Positions 10,987 through 24,334 of a DNA stretch of 64,000 nt are shown in pieces. The stretch lies in the NCBI GenBank assembly GCA_964016885.1, contig OZ024741.1:320974001-321038000 (forward strand). The letters run 5' to 3'. Below the pieces are notes generated by a model that was not told where the DNA came from, ran no database searches, and saw only the letters and a program-made list of their open reading frames with translations. Both the position numbers and the translations under genes were made by a program. Origin of the DNA: Eledone cirrhosa (Eukaryota). Numbering within the stretch: the first letter of the stretch is position 1; each line of letters begins with the position of its first letter.

Positions 10987-11057
10987 TATATCAGTCAGCT
11001 GCTACAATCTGTTCAGTGTTGTTTATTTCGAACAGATTGTAGCAGCTGACTGATATA
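10987..11057. repeat. Perfect 28-bp inverted repeat with 15-nt loop
   Basis: tatatcagtcagctgctacaatctgttc / gaacagattgtagcagctgactgatata. Confidence 0.9.
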
Positions 11058-11352
11058 TAAGCTGTATATTGTAAGCTAGGTATATTATTCGTGTTCAAAA
11101 TTGAAAACATCCTCTGATAATATATGTTTTTCTCTAACTGCAGACAATAACGGAGCATATTCGTTATCACTCATCCTACAAGAAATAGCACTCGAATCTC
11201 TCATAAAACACACCCTGTTTTATTAAAATGTAAATAAGGTGGAGCCAATTGGCTATTATATTTGTACATACACCGGGATTGAATCGATCGGATGGTCCGA
11301 TTGAGGGGACTTTGACAATAGGAATACTCTGCGAAGACTGAGCTACAGTTAA

Positions 11353-11516
11353 ATAATGGTTTCTAGTATAGGCACAAGGCCAGTAATTTGGGGGAAGGGA
11401 AAGTCGATTAAATCAACCCCAGTACGTTACTGGTGCTTTATTTTATCGACCCCGTAAGGATGAAAGGCAAAGTTAACCGCGGCGGGATTTGAACTCAGAC
11501 TGTAAAGGACCGTAAT
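11353..11516 (-). mobile_element. tRNA-derived SINE (5'-truncated)
   Basis: B-box gagttcaaatcccgcc and the gcctttcatccttacggggtcgataaaata core, shared with 31848-32052. Confidence 0.85.
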
Positions 11517-11520
11517 TCAA

Positions 11521-11591
11521 GAACAACACAGAGAGGATTAACATAGCCCCTGCACATGGATAATACGTGAAGCCTTCTACATATTTTTTTT
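11521..11591 (+). pseudogene. U6 snRNA pseudogene fragment (3' portion)
   Basis: gaacaacacagagaggattaacatagcccctgcacatggataatacgtgaagccttctacatatttttt aligns to U6 GAACGATACAGAGAAGATTAGCATGGCCCCTGCGCAAGGATGACACG...TGAAGCGTTCCATATTTTT. Confidence 0.8.
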
Positions 11592-12179
11592 ATCAAAACG
11601 GTGTCTCAGCATAGACATAGTCGAATGACTGATACCACTAAAAGAATGCAAGAATGCAAAAACAGCTACAACAGAATCTATTTTTTAATTTCCAATTTTG
11701 AACCGTTCCTCGCCATAAAACACATTGGTTAATTCACGGCGTCCATGTTATCTTTCGAGGGTTTTTCTAACATGCTAGACAGGAGGACGTTGCTAGCACC
11801 TACTTGTTAATTCCTTGGAGAAAAAACACAATCGGTGAAGTCCCTAATAACCCATGGAGCAGCAGCGCGGATCTTGAGAAGGAGGGAAAAATATCAGAGT
11901 GAGAGAGAAAAGAAGCGACAGTTGTACTTTAATAGTACTTTATCTAATCGATCCTGGGGGAATGAAAAGTAAAAATCTTAACGAGATTTGAATATTGAGC
12001 AAATAGAAAAATTACCACAAGCAATTTGGCCGACCCTCCTACATTAATGCAACCTAATTTAATCGTTACATACTTAATTTATTTAAATATTTTGTTTGTA
12101 TCTTTAGAATTATATTTTCATTTTAGGCGGGGGTTTAGTAAAATCTTTAGTGCGTCGAATGAAACACATTATAAGTATT

Positions 12180-12310
12180 TCGTTACAGCCCTCTATGTTC
12201 TGAGTTCAAATCACTACGAGGTCAACTTTTCCTGTCATCCTTCTGGGGTCGATGAAAAATACTACCAGCAAAGTACTGGGATCGATATAAACGATATTCC
12301 CCTCCTCGCA
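12180..12310 (+). mobile_element. Diverged tRNA-derived SINE
   Basis: ctgagttcaaatcac...gtcaactttt...tcatccttctggggtcgatgaaa. Confidence 0.7.
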
Positions 12311-12801
12311 TAGTGTCAACGTTCTGCCTGATATAAACGTCAATATTATATTTTAGTTTTTAATTCTTTATTCACATTTTTATTCCTATATTCTCGTTTT
12401 ATTCCTTTATTCTCACTGTTCGTATTTATTGTCGGTTTTATTCCTTCACTCTCATTGTTCTTTATTCTAGGTTTATTTATTAGCATTCATATCCTCTTAT
12501 TTCCATTCATACTCTTTTACTTTCGTTAGTAGTCTTTAGTATAGTCTTTATTCAATTATTCCCATAATTTTTGTCCTTTATTATCGATATTTTATACATA
12601 TTCCCACATTAATTCTTCCGTTGCAATCTTTGCCCTTTCACGTCAATTTGTGATGAAACTTACAGAAAATGACTTTTTTCATTACAGTATAGATTCTCGT
12701 TTCATTTACGAAATTAAGTAGTCCCAGATTGATCTAAGTATCTATCTATTTCTCTTTTCCCCCTCTCTCTCTTTCTCTCTCGCTTTCTCTTTCTCTTTCT
12801 C

Positions 12802-12848
<47 letters not shown>

Positions 12849-12852
12849 TCTC

Positions 12853-12887
<35 letters not shown>

Positions 12888-13294
12888 GGAATGTCCCATG
12901 TCGAAATTGAAAGTGTTTAACGAATTCACACATTTCATATTTAAGGACCTAATATATATATATATATTCTCTGTTCTCTCGGCTCTGTCTCTCTCCCTTT
13001 TCTCCTTTCTCACTCTCTCTCTCTCTCTCTCTCTTCAACTCATCCGCGCTACCAACAGAAGTATGTATTTTTTCTCTTTAGATTAAAGTTCATTGTTTCA
13101 GGGCAATTAACACGAAGACAAAAGAAAAGTAATTAAACACTCCATTAAGCACCATATTAAAAAAATACCCTCCTCATTCCTCCCCTCCCCACCCCATCAG
13201 TATCGAGAAAAATAATCAGACATTATAAAACAAGCTGTGTCAAGGACAAATGATTATGCCTGTATTTAAAACAAAGATATAATTACAAGCATGC

Positions 13295-13455
13295 TTGTGT
13301 CGTTAAGGATGCTCGCTTCATAACTATGTAGCTTGGTGTTCAATTCATCCCACTGCACGACACATTGAGCAAGCATCTTCTAACATACACTTGGGTTAAC
13401 CGAAGTCTTTCAAAGGAAATTTTGTAATTGGAAACTAGACGGATGCCCGTCGGAG
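13295..13455 (+). mobile_element. Diverged second SINE family (CORE-like central motif)
   Basis: ccactgcacgacacattgagcaagcatcttct...ggaaactagacggatgcccgtcg. A similar copy lies at 18840-19010. Confidence 0.5.
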
Positions 13456-14302
13456 ATACCGTACATAATTCTCGGGTGGTAGACCTAAACAACCACTTTG
13501 TTAAGTACCACTACGTAGATCTTGGACAACTTTAAAGAAGTACACTCTGTTGCAAGCATATGAACCAATTCTTCGAATTTAGGATAAACCGTTCCTTTCT
13601 AGAAGTAGTCCCGAGGGCCCTGAAAATTGGTGGGGGTACCGCTCTCCCTGTTCTGAAAACAAACTGACTACCATTTGTTTTTATAGGGTGTCGTTATAGC
13701 TACGAGAAATAATAGCCAAATCTCCATAAGTTTCAATGTATCATTTAAAATGAAGAAATAACATTGAATAATGTAGTCCTTGACGTTATCTACATAATAA
13801 CAGAGTGGATGTGGCTTAAATGCCCTTTATCATACGGCTAGGTGATCAAGGTTGACCTGGACAAAATCAATGACAGCAACCTCAAAAAGTAAAAGCAGCA
13901 GCATCAACGTCTTATTGTTTGATTTCAGTATAAACCATCGAAGAAATATATCAAATATATATACACGCGCCATTAGAGAACATCACAGAAATATCTGAAA
14001 TTATTTGCAATATTTGTGACCCAATTACAAATGAAATGTGTAGTATAGTTCCTTCCAAAGTCTTATCTCTGATGAATTTTGCTGCCGCTTATTGGTTATC
14101 TTAAATGCCTAAGAAATCAAATGCAAAAAAAAATAAAATAAAATCTATTGATTAACCTCTAGGTCAGACCTATTTCAGCAGACTAATAATCAAAAATATT
14201 CCATTCGTAGTCGTTCTATGTATGTATGTATGTATGTATGTATGCATGTATGTATGTATGTATGTATGTATGTATGTATGTATGTATGTATGTATGTATG
14301 TA

Positions 14303-14445
14303 TGAGTTTTCAAGTCGCTGGCTGGACTAAAAAGTCACACTTGTTCAGCGCATCGGTAGGGGTTCTCCTACATGGATATAAAGTAGTGGCCGTACTCGAA
14401 AACGAGTTGGCAGCCACCATGTATGTATGTATGTATGTACGTATG
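14303..14445 (+). mobile_element. 3' part of a non-autonomous RTE-derived element with (ATGT)n tail
   Basis: Near-identical to the reverse complement of 39394-39510. Confidence 0.75.
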
Positions 14446-15820
14446 TACGTAGGCAGGTAGGTAGGTAGGTAGGTAGGTAGGTAGATAAGTAGGTAGGTAG
14501 GTAGTTAGGTAGGTAGGTTTATATATAGGCATATGACGGCCATCATCACAATATCCGTCGACAAAATTCAAATTCACATAGCCCAGGCCAAGGCTATGAT
14601 GGAAGACATTTCTCCTTCTCACTGAACAGAGAAACTGAATCCTGTGATGAAGCGAAAATATTGACCTAAACAGTTATGCCAGCGTAATTGCAATGTTCCT
14701 ATTCATTATGTCTAATTAGTTCGAAAAGTCTCTCCAAAATCATGAACTTGTAACATTGTTTTGACCTAGAAAACATCCACACCTGAACTCTATTAAACAT
14801 TTATTGCGGGTCAGGTAATCAAAGCTAAATTCTAGAACTTTTAAACGCAATTTGAAAATATGCATTAGAGCCACCATATTGAAAAAATTATTGCTGATGG
14901 CCTGATTTATTCATTTTTCTTTTAAAGACAACGCGATTATCATGTCAAAAGTATTAATAATTAAATTTGCGTTAGGATGTAAAAGAAATTCTATATTTTT
15001 GAGATTTTAATACAGTAAAATGATTTGATTTTAAGGAAGATAAGTATGTATTTCACAATGAAAGTGAATAATTTTGCAGATAATTCAATTTTAGTTTGAT
15101 TGATGCCAATCTATATGTTGGAGTAATTCTCACATATTATTGTTTCGAATCAGATCAGGTCTGATATGGTGGTCGTATTATGATTAAAGACGTTCCAGTC
15201 GTAACTATCCTATGTTCTTTCAAACTTAGTCTATCCAAGACTATATTTTACCATGTTCTTCATCTTATTTAGACAGTGAGAAGATGTGTGTGTGTGTTTG
15301 TGCGAGGGTGTGTAAATGAGTTTTAAACACTACTTAGTTCGAACAACAATACCATTTCACTAATCTAATTTACTTGCGCTCTTCGAAAAATATATGATTT
15401 TTTAAATTCTCAGTAAGGGATAATATTGTAGAAATCGACACATTTGGGAAAACACAGCTGGTTATATCAACCTCAGAACTTAGCAGGTATGCATTTCATC
15501 TATACAGGATAGACGATGGAAGTCAAAGTATATCATGATCAGATTTGAACTTAGAATATACATATGAAAGTTAATACAGCATAAGATATTTCCACCACTT
15601 ATCTGATTCTACCAATACCCCCCCCCCCCCAATAAAAAGGAATAATAATGGTTTCTTATATAGGCACAAGACCAGCAATTTTGGGAGAGGGGAAAGTTGA
15701 TTAAATCGACCTCAGTGCGTGACTGGTACTTTATTTTATCGACCCCGTAAGGATGAAAGGCAAAATTAACATCGGCGGGATTTGAACTCAGATCATAAAG
15801 GGCCGTCACTCTATGCTGCA

Positions 15821-16358
<538 letters not shown>

Positions 16359-17057
16359 TATATAAAATCAAAATCTCTTTTTAGCTGTCTCGAGGGATTA
16401 AGGCCATATTTTCAAAAATTAATTGACTTTAAAATGTTGAATCCTTAGATATTGTGAAGTATTAAACATATGGTTACTCTCTATCCTTATATATACATAT
16501 ATCTGTGTGTGTGGGAGTGTGTGTGTGTGTGTGTTGCATTCCTATGTAGGCTACTGGGAACATCTCTGTTCTCCTCACATTACATAATGTGTGACACCCT
16601 AATTTGTTTATTTCGTGAAGAAATATTTGTGTTTTTGCTTTGTTTATTATTAATGTTTTTGTTCTTGTTATTTATTTATATCTCCAGTTTGTAGGAAAAA
16701 GCTGAACTATTTGAAGATAAAAGCTGAATGATATGCTACTGGCTTTGACGAAGCTCTTTACATAACATATATACTACTGTTATATCTATAGCAACACATT
16801 TTCTATGGTTGACAATCTGTGAATGTGTTTAGTGAAACATTTATTTGAGGACATGACCATGTCCAGACGTCAGAAACGTGTTCAGTGATTCGAATGATTT
16901 ACTTGTTTAAGACAACATGGAATATTTAATTTCATATTTTCTGCCGTTTGGAGAGGACATACGAACTGTATCACTGCACAACATATTATCATAAACTCGA
17001 ACATATATGACAAGTCCTGTAGTAGCGTGGAAAGATTTTTTTTTTTTTTTACAGTAA

Positions 17058-17190
17058 ATGAAAAGGCATGTTGTTATCGTTGCTATAAAAGCAGAGCACA
17101 GTGATTCAGACATTGCTCGATTACTGAAATGTGTACGAGCGTTTGTTGTCAAGGTTCGCAAAGAGCTGGAAGCCGCTGATGGGGCTCTAC
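17058..17190 (+). pseudogene. Possible Tc1/mariner-type transposase N-terminal HTH remnant
   Basis: MKRHVVIVAIKAEHSDSDIARLLKCVRAFVVKVRKELEAADG resembles a transposase HTH. No catalytic domain or TIRs seen. Confidence 0.45.
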
Positions 17191-17604
17191 TGCAGTAGCC
17201 AAACATAAATCCCTGGCTAATTGTCCTATTACCACCAGAGCGGGGAAAAATATTCATAATTTCTAACATCACTTGAGTTTTTTCTATATAGCCGGTGGTT
17301 TGGTACTCAATTTATGATTATACAGACTTTCAAAATAGATTAGCCGCCAGCATTTGGTTTCTGTCTTCCAGGAGATAAAAGAGCCACATACCAAACCTTT
17401 TGTTTCTTAGCGTGTGAAGCAAGATAACGAACATAACACGCGCAAACACACAAACACATGTATGTGTGTATGTATGTATGTGTGCGTGTGTATGTATATA
17501 TGTATGTATTGAATGTATGTATCATTGTGTGTCTACAACGAAATTTACTTTCACACTGGTGTGGAATGCAATTAAGTGAAAGTATTTCATACACTTAGGT
17601 AGAG

Positions 17605-17662
<58 letters not shown>

Positions 17663-17664
<2 letters not shown>

Positions 17665-17855
17665 AGATCAGAAGATGGTTAAAAGAGTTCCAAGTATTTT
17701 ATTATGCGCATTTCAAAAACAAATATCATCATGGGATGATATCTGCGTTCTCATCAGATAAAATAGGGATACATGATATGAAGCTTAAAAAACACTTGTG
17801 AATAGTGAAGTTTTAAATCAACATATAAATAAAACATATAATAAAACTCACCTCC

Positions 17856-17857
<2 letters not shown>
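17663..17857 (-). mobile_element. Short HHR-bearing element (family D)
   Basis: Homologous to 5531-5797 in reverse, starting aggaggtgagt. (TA)n on both sides. Confidence 0.7.
17695..17765 (-). ncRNA. Type I HHR (family D)
   Basis: TATTTTAT-CTGATGA-gaacGCAGATATCATC(ccat)GATGATATTTGTtttt-GAAA-TGCGCA-TA-ATAAAATA. Confidence 0.8.
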
Positions 17858-17891
<34 letters not shown>

Positions 17892-17892
17892 T

Positions 17893-17938
<46 letters not shown>

Positions 17939-17942
<4 letters not shown>

Positions 17943-18138
17943 ATAATAATAAATTTGAAGACTAAAATCCAAAGAGGGCTCAATAAGGATAAATATATAT
18001 CAAATATATAAGAACCCTAGAGCAAATATTTATTAAAATAACAGATTAAAGTTTAAGCAAAGAATCGCTGCTTTCACCCTTAACGGGATCTTCTGAAACT
18101 AACCAGCGATTCTTCGCTTAAATTTTAATGTTATTTTA

Positions 18139-18145
<7 letters not shown>
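17939..18145. mobile_element. Mini fold-back insertion of the PLE family C 3' end (CAGAAGA motif at 18050-18100, minus)
   Basis: 17939-18102 matches 28993-29157; 18103-18145 is an inverted copy of 18025-18070. Confidence 0.75.
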
Positions 18146-18217
<72 letters not shown>

Positions 18218-18723
18218 ACTCTATTACAACTATGGAACTATGGAGTCATCATAGTAGTAAATCTTGGATGATATTCATATACCTATAGAACTGCAAACCA
18301 ACATCTATATAAATAAATATTCATACATGTAAGTGTGTATACGCATATTAATATAATATACATTATATATGTGGGTGCTCATATATACACGGGCGTGTGT
18401 GTTTCTGACACCGTAATAATGCAACTGATTTACGTATGTAACAAATTATCTACTGTTTAATATTTCTACATTTCTGTATCAGGCCTCAGCTAATTACTTC
18501 ATGGCTTCGTAATTACTTTCCCAACATTATTTACACGTATAAATGATGGCAAATGTTAGGTGTAGGATTGATCTAAATTTACATTCAAAATACGTGTTGT
18601 GCGTGTGTATATGAGAGTCGGTTTGAGTGTTTAGGGTTGTAAGTGCAACCGATCATATGTAGATATATATGTATGATCGATGTATATGTATATATATATA
18701 TATATGTATGATCGATGTATATG

Positions 18724-18831
<108 letters not shown>

Positions 18832-19009
18832 CGTGTGTTTCTGGCTGGGTTGTCTTGTTAAAGAGTTCGCTTTACAGCCATGTTTTTTCTTGATTCGGCC
18901 TTCCGGCTAGTCACCTTTTTGGGGTAAGTGTGTTCTACTATAGCCTATAGCTGACTAATGATTTGCGGGGAGAATTTGACAGATGGAAGCTCAACGGAAT
19001 TCCTTCGTG

Positions 19010-19138
<129 letters not shown>

Positions 19139-19271
19139 TGTGTGTGTGTCTGTGTATTGTTGTCTGTTTATATACTATAAACATATAGGAGTCTCGCTAT
19201 GAAAGAAAGAATGTTTTTCGTAACGAAAAATAACTTTTCTCTAATTCTCTCTATGTGCAAGTCACAGATTT

Positions 19272-19358
19272 TGTCAGTAACGGTCGAGAATGCCAGACAT
19301 CGCTGTTTCAAGATTCATTAATCTTTCATCAGTGACATTCACTCAACCGGTACTGACA
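19272..19358 (-). ncRNA. Type I HHR with intact core and extended bulged stem I (family G)
   Basis: GAATGTCA-CTGATGA-AAGATT(aatg)AATCTT-GAAA-CA(GCGA)TG-TC-TGGCATTC. Stem I continues CGGTTGA/TCGACCG and TGTCAGTA/TACTGACA after a 2-nt bulge. Confidence 0.85.
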
Positions 19359-19623
19359 TGGAAATAGATTTTGCGTGATGAACATTTCATATATGTGTGT
19401 GTGCGCGCGCGCGCGCGCGTGTGTGTGTGTGTTTGTGCGTGCGTGGGTTTGTGTGTGCGTAAAGAAAACGGAAAACCACTAAGCAAACAATACCGTACAA
19501 TGAAGATATATATTAGTTTAATGCTTGATATAGTAGGAAAATAAATAGACAGAGAGATATAGAGACAAATGTATATATGTGTGTGAGTGTGTGTGTATAA
19601 AGAATGAGAGGGTGGAGAGAAGG

Positions 19624-19655
<32 letters not shown>

Positions 19656-19714
19656 GACGTAAGTTAAGAACATTTTTAAAAAAATTAAAAATTAACTTAC
19701 TTACTAAAATTTTC

Positions 19715-19796
19715 ACTCCAACTAATTAGTTTCTGTAATGGGATAAAGATAGTTACATGATGTAACCATCGAGAATTCATTACGTCATCAGGGAGT
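19715..19796 (-). ncRNA. Type I HHR (family H, unit 1)
   Basis: ACTCC-CTGATGA-cGTAATG..GATGGTTACA(tca)TGTAACTATC..CATTACa-GAAA-CTAATTAG-TT-GGAGT. Confidence 0.8.
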
Positions 19797-20257
19797 CTAT
19801 TCTCAGCTAAGTCTCCAGGCAATGCGCGGACACTAGGGACTCATGTAAAAATAATAATAATTCGGTGGATGGAACAGCTAGCGGGGACTGAATTCCATGC
19901 ACTGAAAAAGTTCGCTGTCTCTGGTCAAATGGCAGATTCTAAAGAATCAATCACGTGACACTGAGGCTAGTCGGAAGGAGTGGGTTGGTAAGATAACAAA
20001 AGCCTACTACCAGACCTATGAATTAGTAGTGGATTTGGCAGGTTTGCTCAACAAATATATAATTTGGAGATAAATATATAGAATTAGTATATCTACCAAC
20101 ATATGCGTACAGATGTACACTAATGCTAGCAAATACATAAGTTATGTCATAGTACCTAGGTGGTTCAATGCAGGAGGATGCAGAACAATTATATGAAAGA
20201 CGTGAAATAAGAAAATTAAAAAAAAAATTAAAAATTAACTTACTTACTAAAATGTTC

Positions 20258-20339
20258 ACTCCAACTAATTAGTTTCTGTAATGGGATAAAGATAGTTACA
20301 TAATGTAACCATCGAGAATTCATTACGTCATCAGGGAGT
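20258..20339 (-). ncRNA. Type I HHR (family H, unit 2)
   Basis: Identical to 19715-19796 except for one stem II loop base. Confidence 0.8.
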
Positions 20340-20672
20340 CTATTCTCAGCTAAGTCTCCAGGCAATGCGCGGACACTAGGGACTCATGTAAAAATAATAA
20401 TAATTCGGTGGATGGAACAGCTAGCGGGGACTGAATTCCATGCACTGAAAAAGTTCGCTGTCTCTGGTCAAATGGCAGATTCTAAAGAATCAATCACGTG
20501 ACACTGAGGCTAGTCGGAAGGAGTGGGTTGGTAAGATGACAAAAGCCTACTACCACATCAATGAATTAGTAGTGTATTTGGCAGGTTTGCTCAACAAATA
20601 AATAATTTGGAGATAAATATATAGAATTAGTATATCTACCAACATATGCGTACAGATGTACACTAATGCTAG

Positions 20673-20703
<31 letters not shown>

Positions 20704-21116
20704 CATAGGTAGATTGTTGTATTTTGGAATGTTCATGCTGACAGATGGTTTGAATTTCCCTTCAGGGTTTATCATTAATGAGGAAACTAATCCATTCTTC
20801 GGCTGATTAAGCTATCAATAAGCTATTTATCTAATTATCAAAGTTCTTTGATTACATATTGTGTGATATTTTGCCCTCTCTGACACCTCTTCGCCTCGAC
20901 ACTCACTTCGGGTATCCATCTCTTTTTTTTTCTTTATCGAAATTCAGAAGTAAATAGACATTTACCCGTGATAATATGAAGACGATAGTGATGATAATCA
21001 TTTTTGGAATGGCTCTGTTGCCTTTAATGTTGATAGTGATAATGGAATCCGTTATAGCAGTCTATGTGATGTTGTTGTGATTAGGTTGGATTTGTTATGG
21101 TTGTGATGATGTTGAT

Positions 21117-21454
21117 CAGAGGTTCTCAAATTGTGGACCCTTCACGGCCGGGTAAAACGCTCAGCGCCCACAAACCCTATTTCCAGAGAGACTTCCTTAC
21201 AGGCAAATTGTCAAAAATATATAACAAATAAAACCATTAATTCATATATAATAAATAATATAACATATGCCATGTATAAATAAATATTATATATTTTTAT
21301 TTTACTATATTCATATATATGTATCATTTGATATTTAATATACTATTATATCATCTCTACCACCCCCTTAGTCCCCTTAGGCCCCAGAGCCCCTTTGGAC
21401 CTTCTCAACCTCCCACCAGGGTGGGGGCGGTAGTGTCCACTTTGAGAACCTCTG
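21117..21454. mobile_element. hAT-superfamily MITE
   Basis: TIRs cagaggttctcaaa(t)tgtggac / gtccactttgagaacctctg. 8-bp TSD atgttgat at 21109-21116 and 21455-21462. Confidence 0.9.
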
Positions 21455-21478
21455 ATGTTGATGGGGAGTTGATTAAAA

Positions 21479-21535
<57 letters not shown>

Positions 21536-22680
21536 TTCTTCATTCTATGAAATGAATATTCACTTGTTCAATCTACAGTATTCCTGCTAGTGGAATGAAA
21601 ATCGTGACAAAATTCTCGGGGAATAGAGGCTACATTACTTTCTCAAACTTTCCCTGTTTAGCTCCCTTTTGTCTTTCATCAATTCTATGTCAACAACATA
21701 TGTAATAGTATGAGTTAGTCAACCTTAATCAACTCTGAGCCTAGATGTATGTGCCATAGTCAGCCAAATATCTCCGAAATGACTAAAAGTATCACTAAAA
21801 ATAAACAAATTGAACGAAGAATATCTATATGATAATGAAAACATTCACATCATGAAAAATTATGATATATTGAAATAAGATGGATTATAAAATTGAAAAG
21901 GAAAAAAGAAGTGTATAACTTTACTTGAAATATGAAGTAGTTTTATCACGTTCAATGCAGTGGTACAGTGCAGATAACAATAAAAGACTTTAATTAGAGG
22001 AAAGCATATAATATAAAAATATAATTGAAACTATTTCATAGGATTTATAATAAAAAATATACACCCATGAAAAAACTATATAAAAATCAGCGAATATGAT
22101 TTAGTGAGTTGCTGTAACAAAAATAATAAAAGAATACAATAGAAATTGAAGATAAAATCGTAATTTAACGCAATTGAATTTATGAAATGATATAAAACTA
22201 TATGATATTTAGAACAAAATATGTATGTAGATGTGCGGTTAAAAAGTTCGCTTCGCAATCTGTGTTGTTGCGTGCCTTGATAAACCATGATTTAACAGTT
22301 AAACAAATAAGGAGCGACAAAATAAGTACTAAATTGCAAAGATTACTATGGTTGGAGATTGATATAACTGGCGAAAGGCTTTGAAAGAAGTGTACCAGCA
22401 ATAACCATTAGACAAACATTGCTATAGTAGAAAGGCATATTAGATTTGTAATCAGCAGTTTTGCCGTTGGTAGAAAACTGTAGGAAATGAGTTTTATTCA
22501 CATAACAAATCTGTAAAATTTTGTTTATATATATATATGCATACACACACATAGATGTGTATGTATGTATGTTTGTGTTTGTGTGTCTGTGAAACATATA
22601 CGTATACACTAGGTCCGAACACAAAGGACTCAAACTACTACTGGCACTGCCTCCATCTCTCCTGCTCTCACTATTATGAA

Positions 22681-22843
22681 ATCGGACGCCATGCTTTCCA
22701 GCATAGTTACGTCCTTTTACAGTCTGAGTTCAAATTCCATCGAGGTTAACTTCGCCTTTCATCCTTACGGGGTCGATAAAATAAAGTACCAGTAATGTAC
22801 TGGGTGATTGCTGGCCTTGTGCCAAAAGTAGAACCAACTATTA
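22681..22843 (+). mobile_element. tRNA-derived SINE (head truncated)
   Basis: Near-identical to 31895-32052. Confidence 0.85.
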
Positions 22844-22844
22844 T

Positions 22845-23042
22845 GAAATAATGGGGTTCACGCGCTGGCCGTCCGGCGGCACCGGTGAACAGAATAGAGA
22901 ATGCGTTTAACCGGAAGATGGTGAAGAAGACGCATTGGAAAAGCCATTCCTGCTCACAAGGCTCACACCTGCAGGTAGCCAACTATGTGCTGATGGTGAG
23001 GAATAGGGAGGTGGCCCTAGGGCCAAGACCACCAGAAGTCTC
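22845..23042 (-). pseudogene. 3' fragment of a CRE-like RLE non-LTR retrotransposon
   Basis: ETSGGLGPRATSLFLTIST*LATCRCEPCEQEWLFQCVFFTIFRLNAFSIL resembles the CRE C-terminal ETxGxxGP...WLxQRxSxAIxRGNA pattern. Confidence 0.55.
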
Positions 23043-23821
23043 CTGTGAATAATGTTTTCTTTTTGTTTTCACGTTAACAAATTCCTCAGAGACACGTATT
23101 TCTGAAATAGAATTATAGTTTATTGACATCATCTACTTTTGTACTCACTTTGTATCTGAAGGCAAAGTGAATATTAGTTTACAACGTTCCATCTTTGCTA
23201 CGCCAGTACGTGAACACTTTCGTTACTGTATTGCCAATGAAATACATTGCTTGTGTATGACAATTCATTTGGAAAGTAATCAAGAATTCGGAAGAATTTA
23301 ATAAAACAACGAACCTTTTCATAACCATCAATACTAAGAGCACTACAAATATAACCACTAAAACCACCGAAAACAGAGACATACCACAACACAACTACTA
23401 ATAATGATAAAATCAGCATAGAAGCAACAATACAATAGCAGCAGCGGCGGCAAGTATGATAAAGTTACAAGGCGTTATCAATCACGTTTGTTGAATACAG
23501 ATTATACGAAATCAATTATAATATATGGCTAAGGGCTATTTACAGTGGTAACTTCACTGCCATCTAATTGATATCATACCAAGGAAAGAATTGATTTCTC
23601 TCTTGACAGCAGTAGATTTGACGTTATCTAAAATTGAGTAAAATAGAATATTCCACCTTTTATATAGCACAGGAATATCAAATTCTGTATGTGTATATAT
23701 ATATGTAGATATATATAGATATATATAGATATATATATAGATATATATATATAGATATACATATATACATATATATATACATATATATATATATTTGTAT
23801 ATTATATATATATATATTTAG

Positions 23822-23864
<43 letters not shown>

Positions 23865-23871
23865 GATATAT

Positions 23872-23927
<56 letters not shown>

Positions 23928-24085
23928 ATACTTTGGGAGGGTCATGTTGCCAATAAGAAACACACGCACCAGTTGCTTTCACTTCAATTTATTATATATT
24001 TATAAATTTATAAATTTACAAATCTACAAACTTATAAATTTCTGGTTGGTTGGTTGGTTCCACAACCAGATAGTTGTTTATATAT

Positions 24086-24130
24086 AGTCATAGTCCTTTC
24101 GTCACACACTCTGTGACCTCTTCAGTGACT
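24086..24130 (-). ncRNA. Minimal type I HHR in PLE 3' UTR (family I)
   Basis: AGTCA-CTGAAGA-g-GTCACA(gagtg)TGTGAC-GAAA-GGAC-TA-TGACT. Confidence 0.75.
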
Positions 24131-24334
24131 GGGGATTCCTTTCTTTGTTTCTGTGCCTTTCCTTTCTTCTGTCCTACGCCATTTTGTTTCTGTGTGTGTG
24201 TTGTGTGCTCAGTTTGCGCATGCGCCACATCCGGGTGTCTGTGTGTGTTTGTGTTCATTTATCTATTTGTTTATTTATTTACATGTTGTTGGTTGGTTGT
24301 TTGTTCTATGTGTGTGTGTGTTTTCATTTTGTCC

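Larger units (their letters stand above)
19650..20672 (-). mobile_element. Retrozyme-like tandem: about 1.9 copies of a 543-nt non-coding HHR unit (family H)
   Basis: Direct repeats 19650-20130 and 20192-20672, with one HHR per unit. (TA)n at both ends. Confidence 0.8.

Noticed and set aside
11600-11872. Unique higher-GC stretch after a minus-strand polypyrimidine tract, possible host exon
   Set aside because: Weak AAG acceptor, early stops in all three frames and no recognisable protein.
13465-13655. Possible minus-strand exon after ttgttttcag
   Set aside because: No frame stays open to a donor and there is no homology cue.
16835-16900. ttgagga..tgac..gtca-gaaa-cgtg-tt-cagtg, HHR-like
   Set aside because: Core C3 is changed and no matching stem I 5' strand is found.
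21319-21555. Poly-Cys and poly-Ala ORFs
   Set aside because: A (CTG)n microsatellite next to the hAT MITE.
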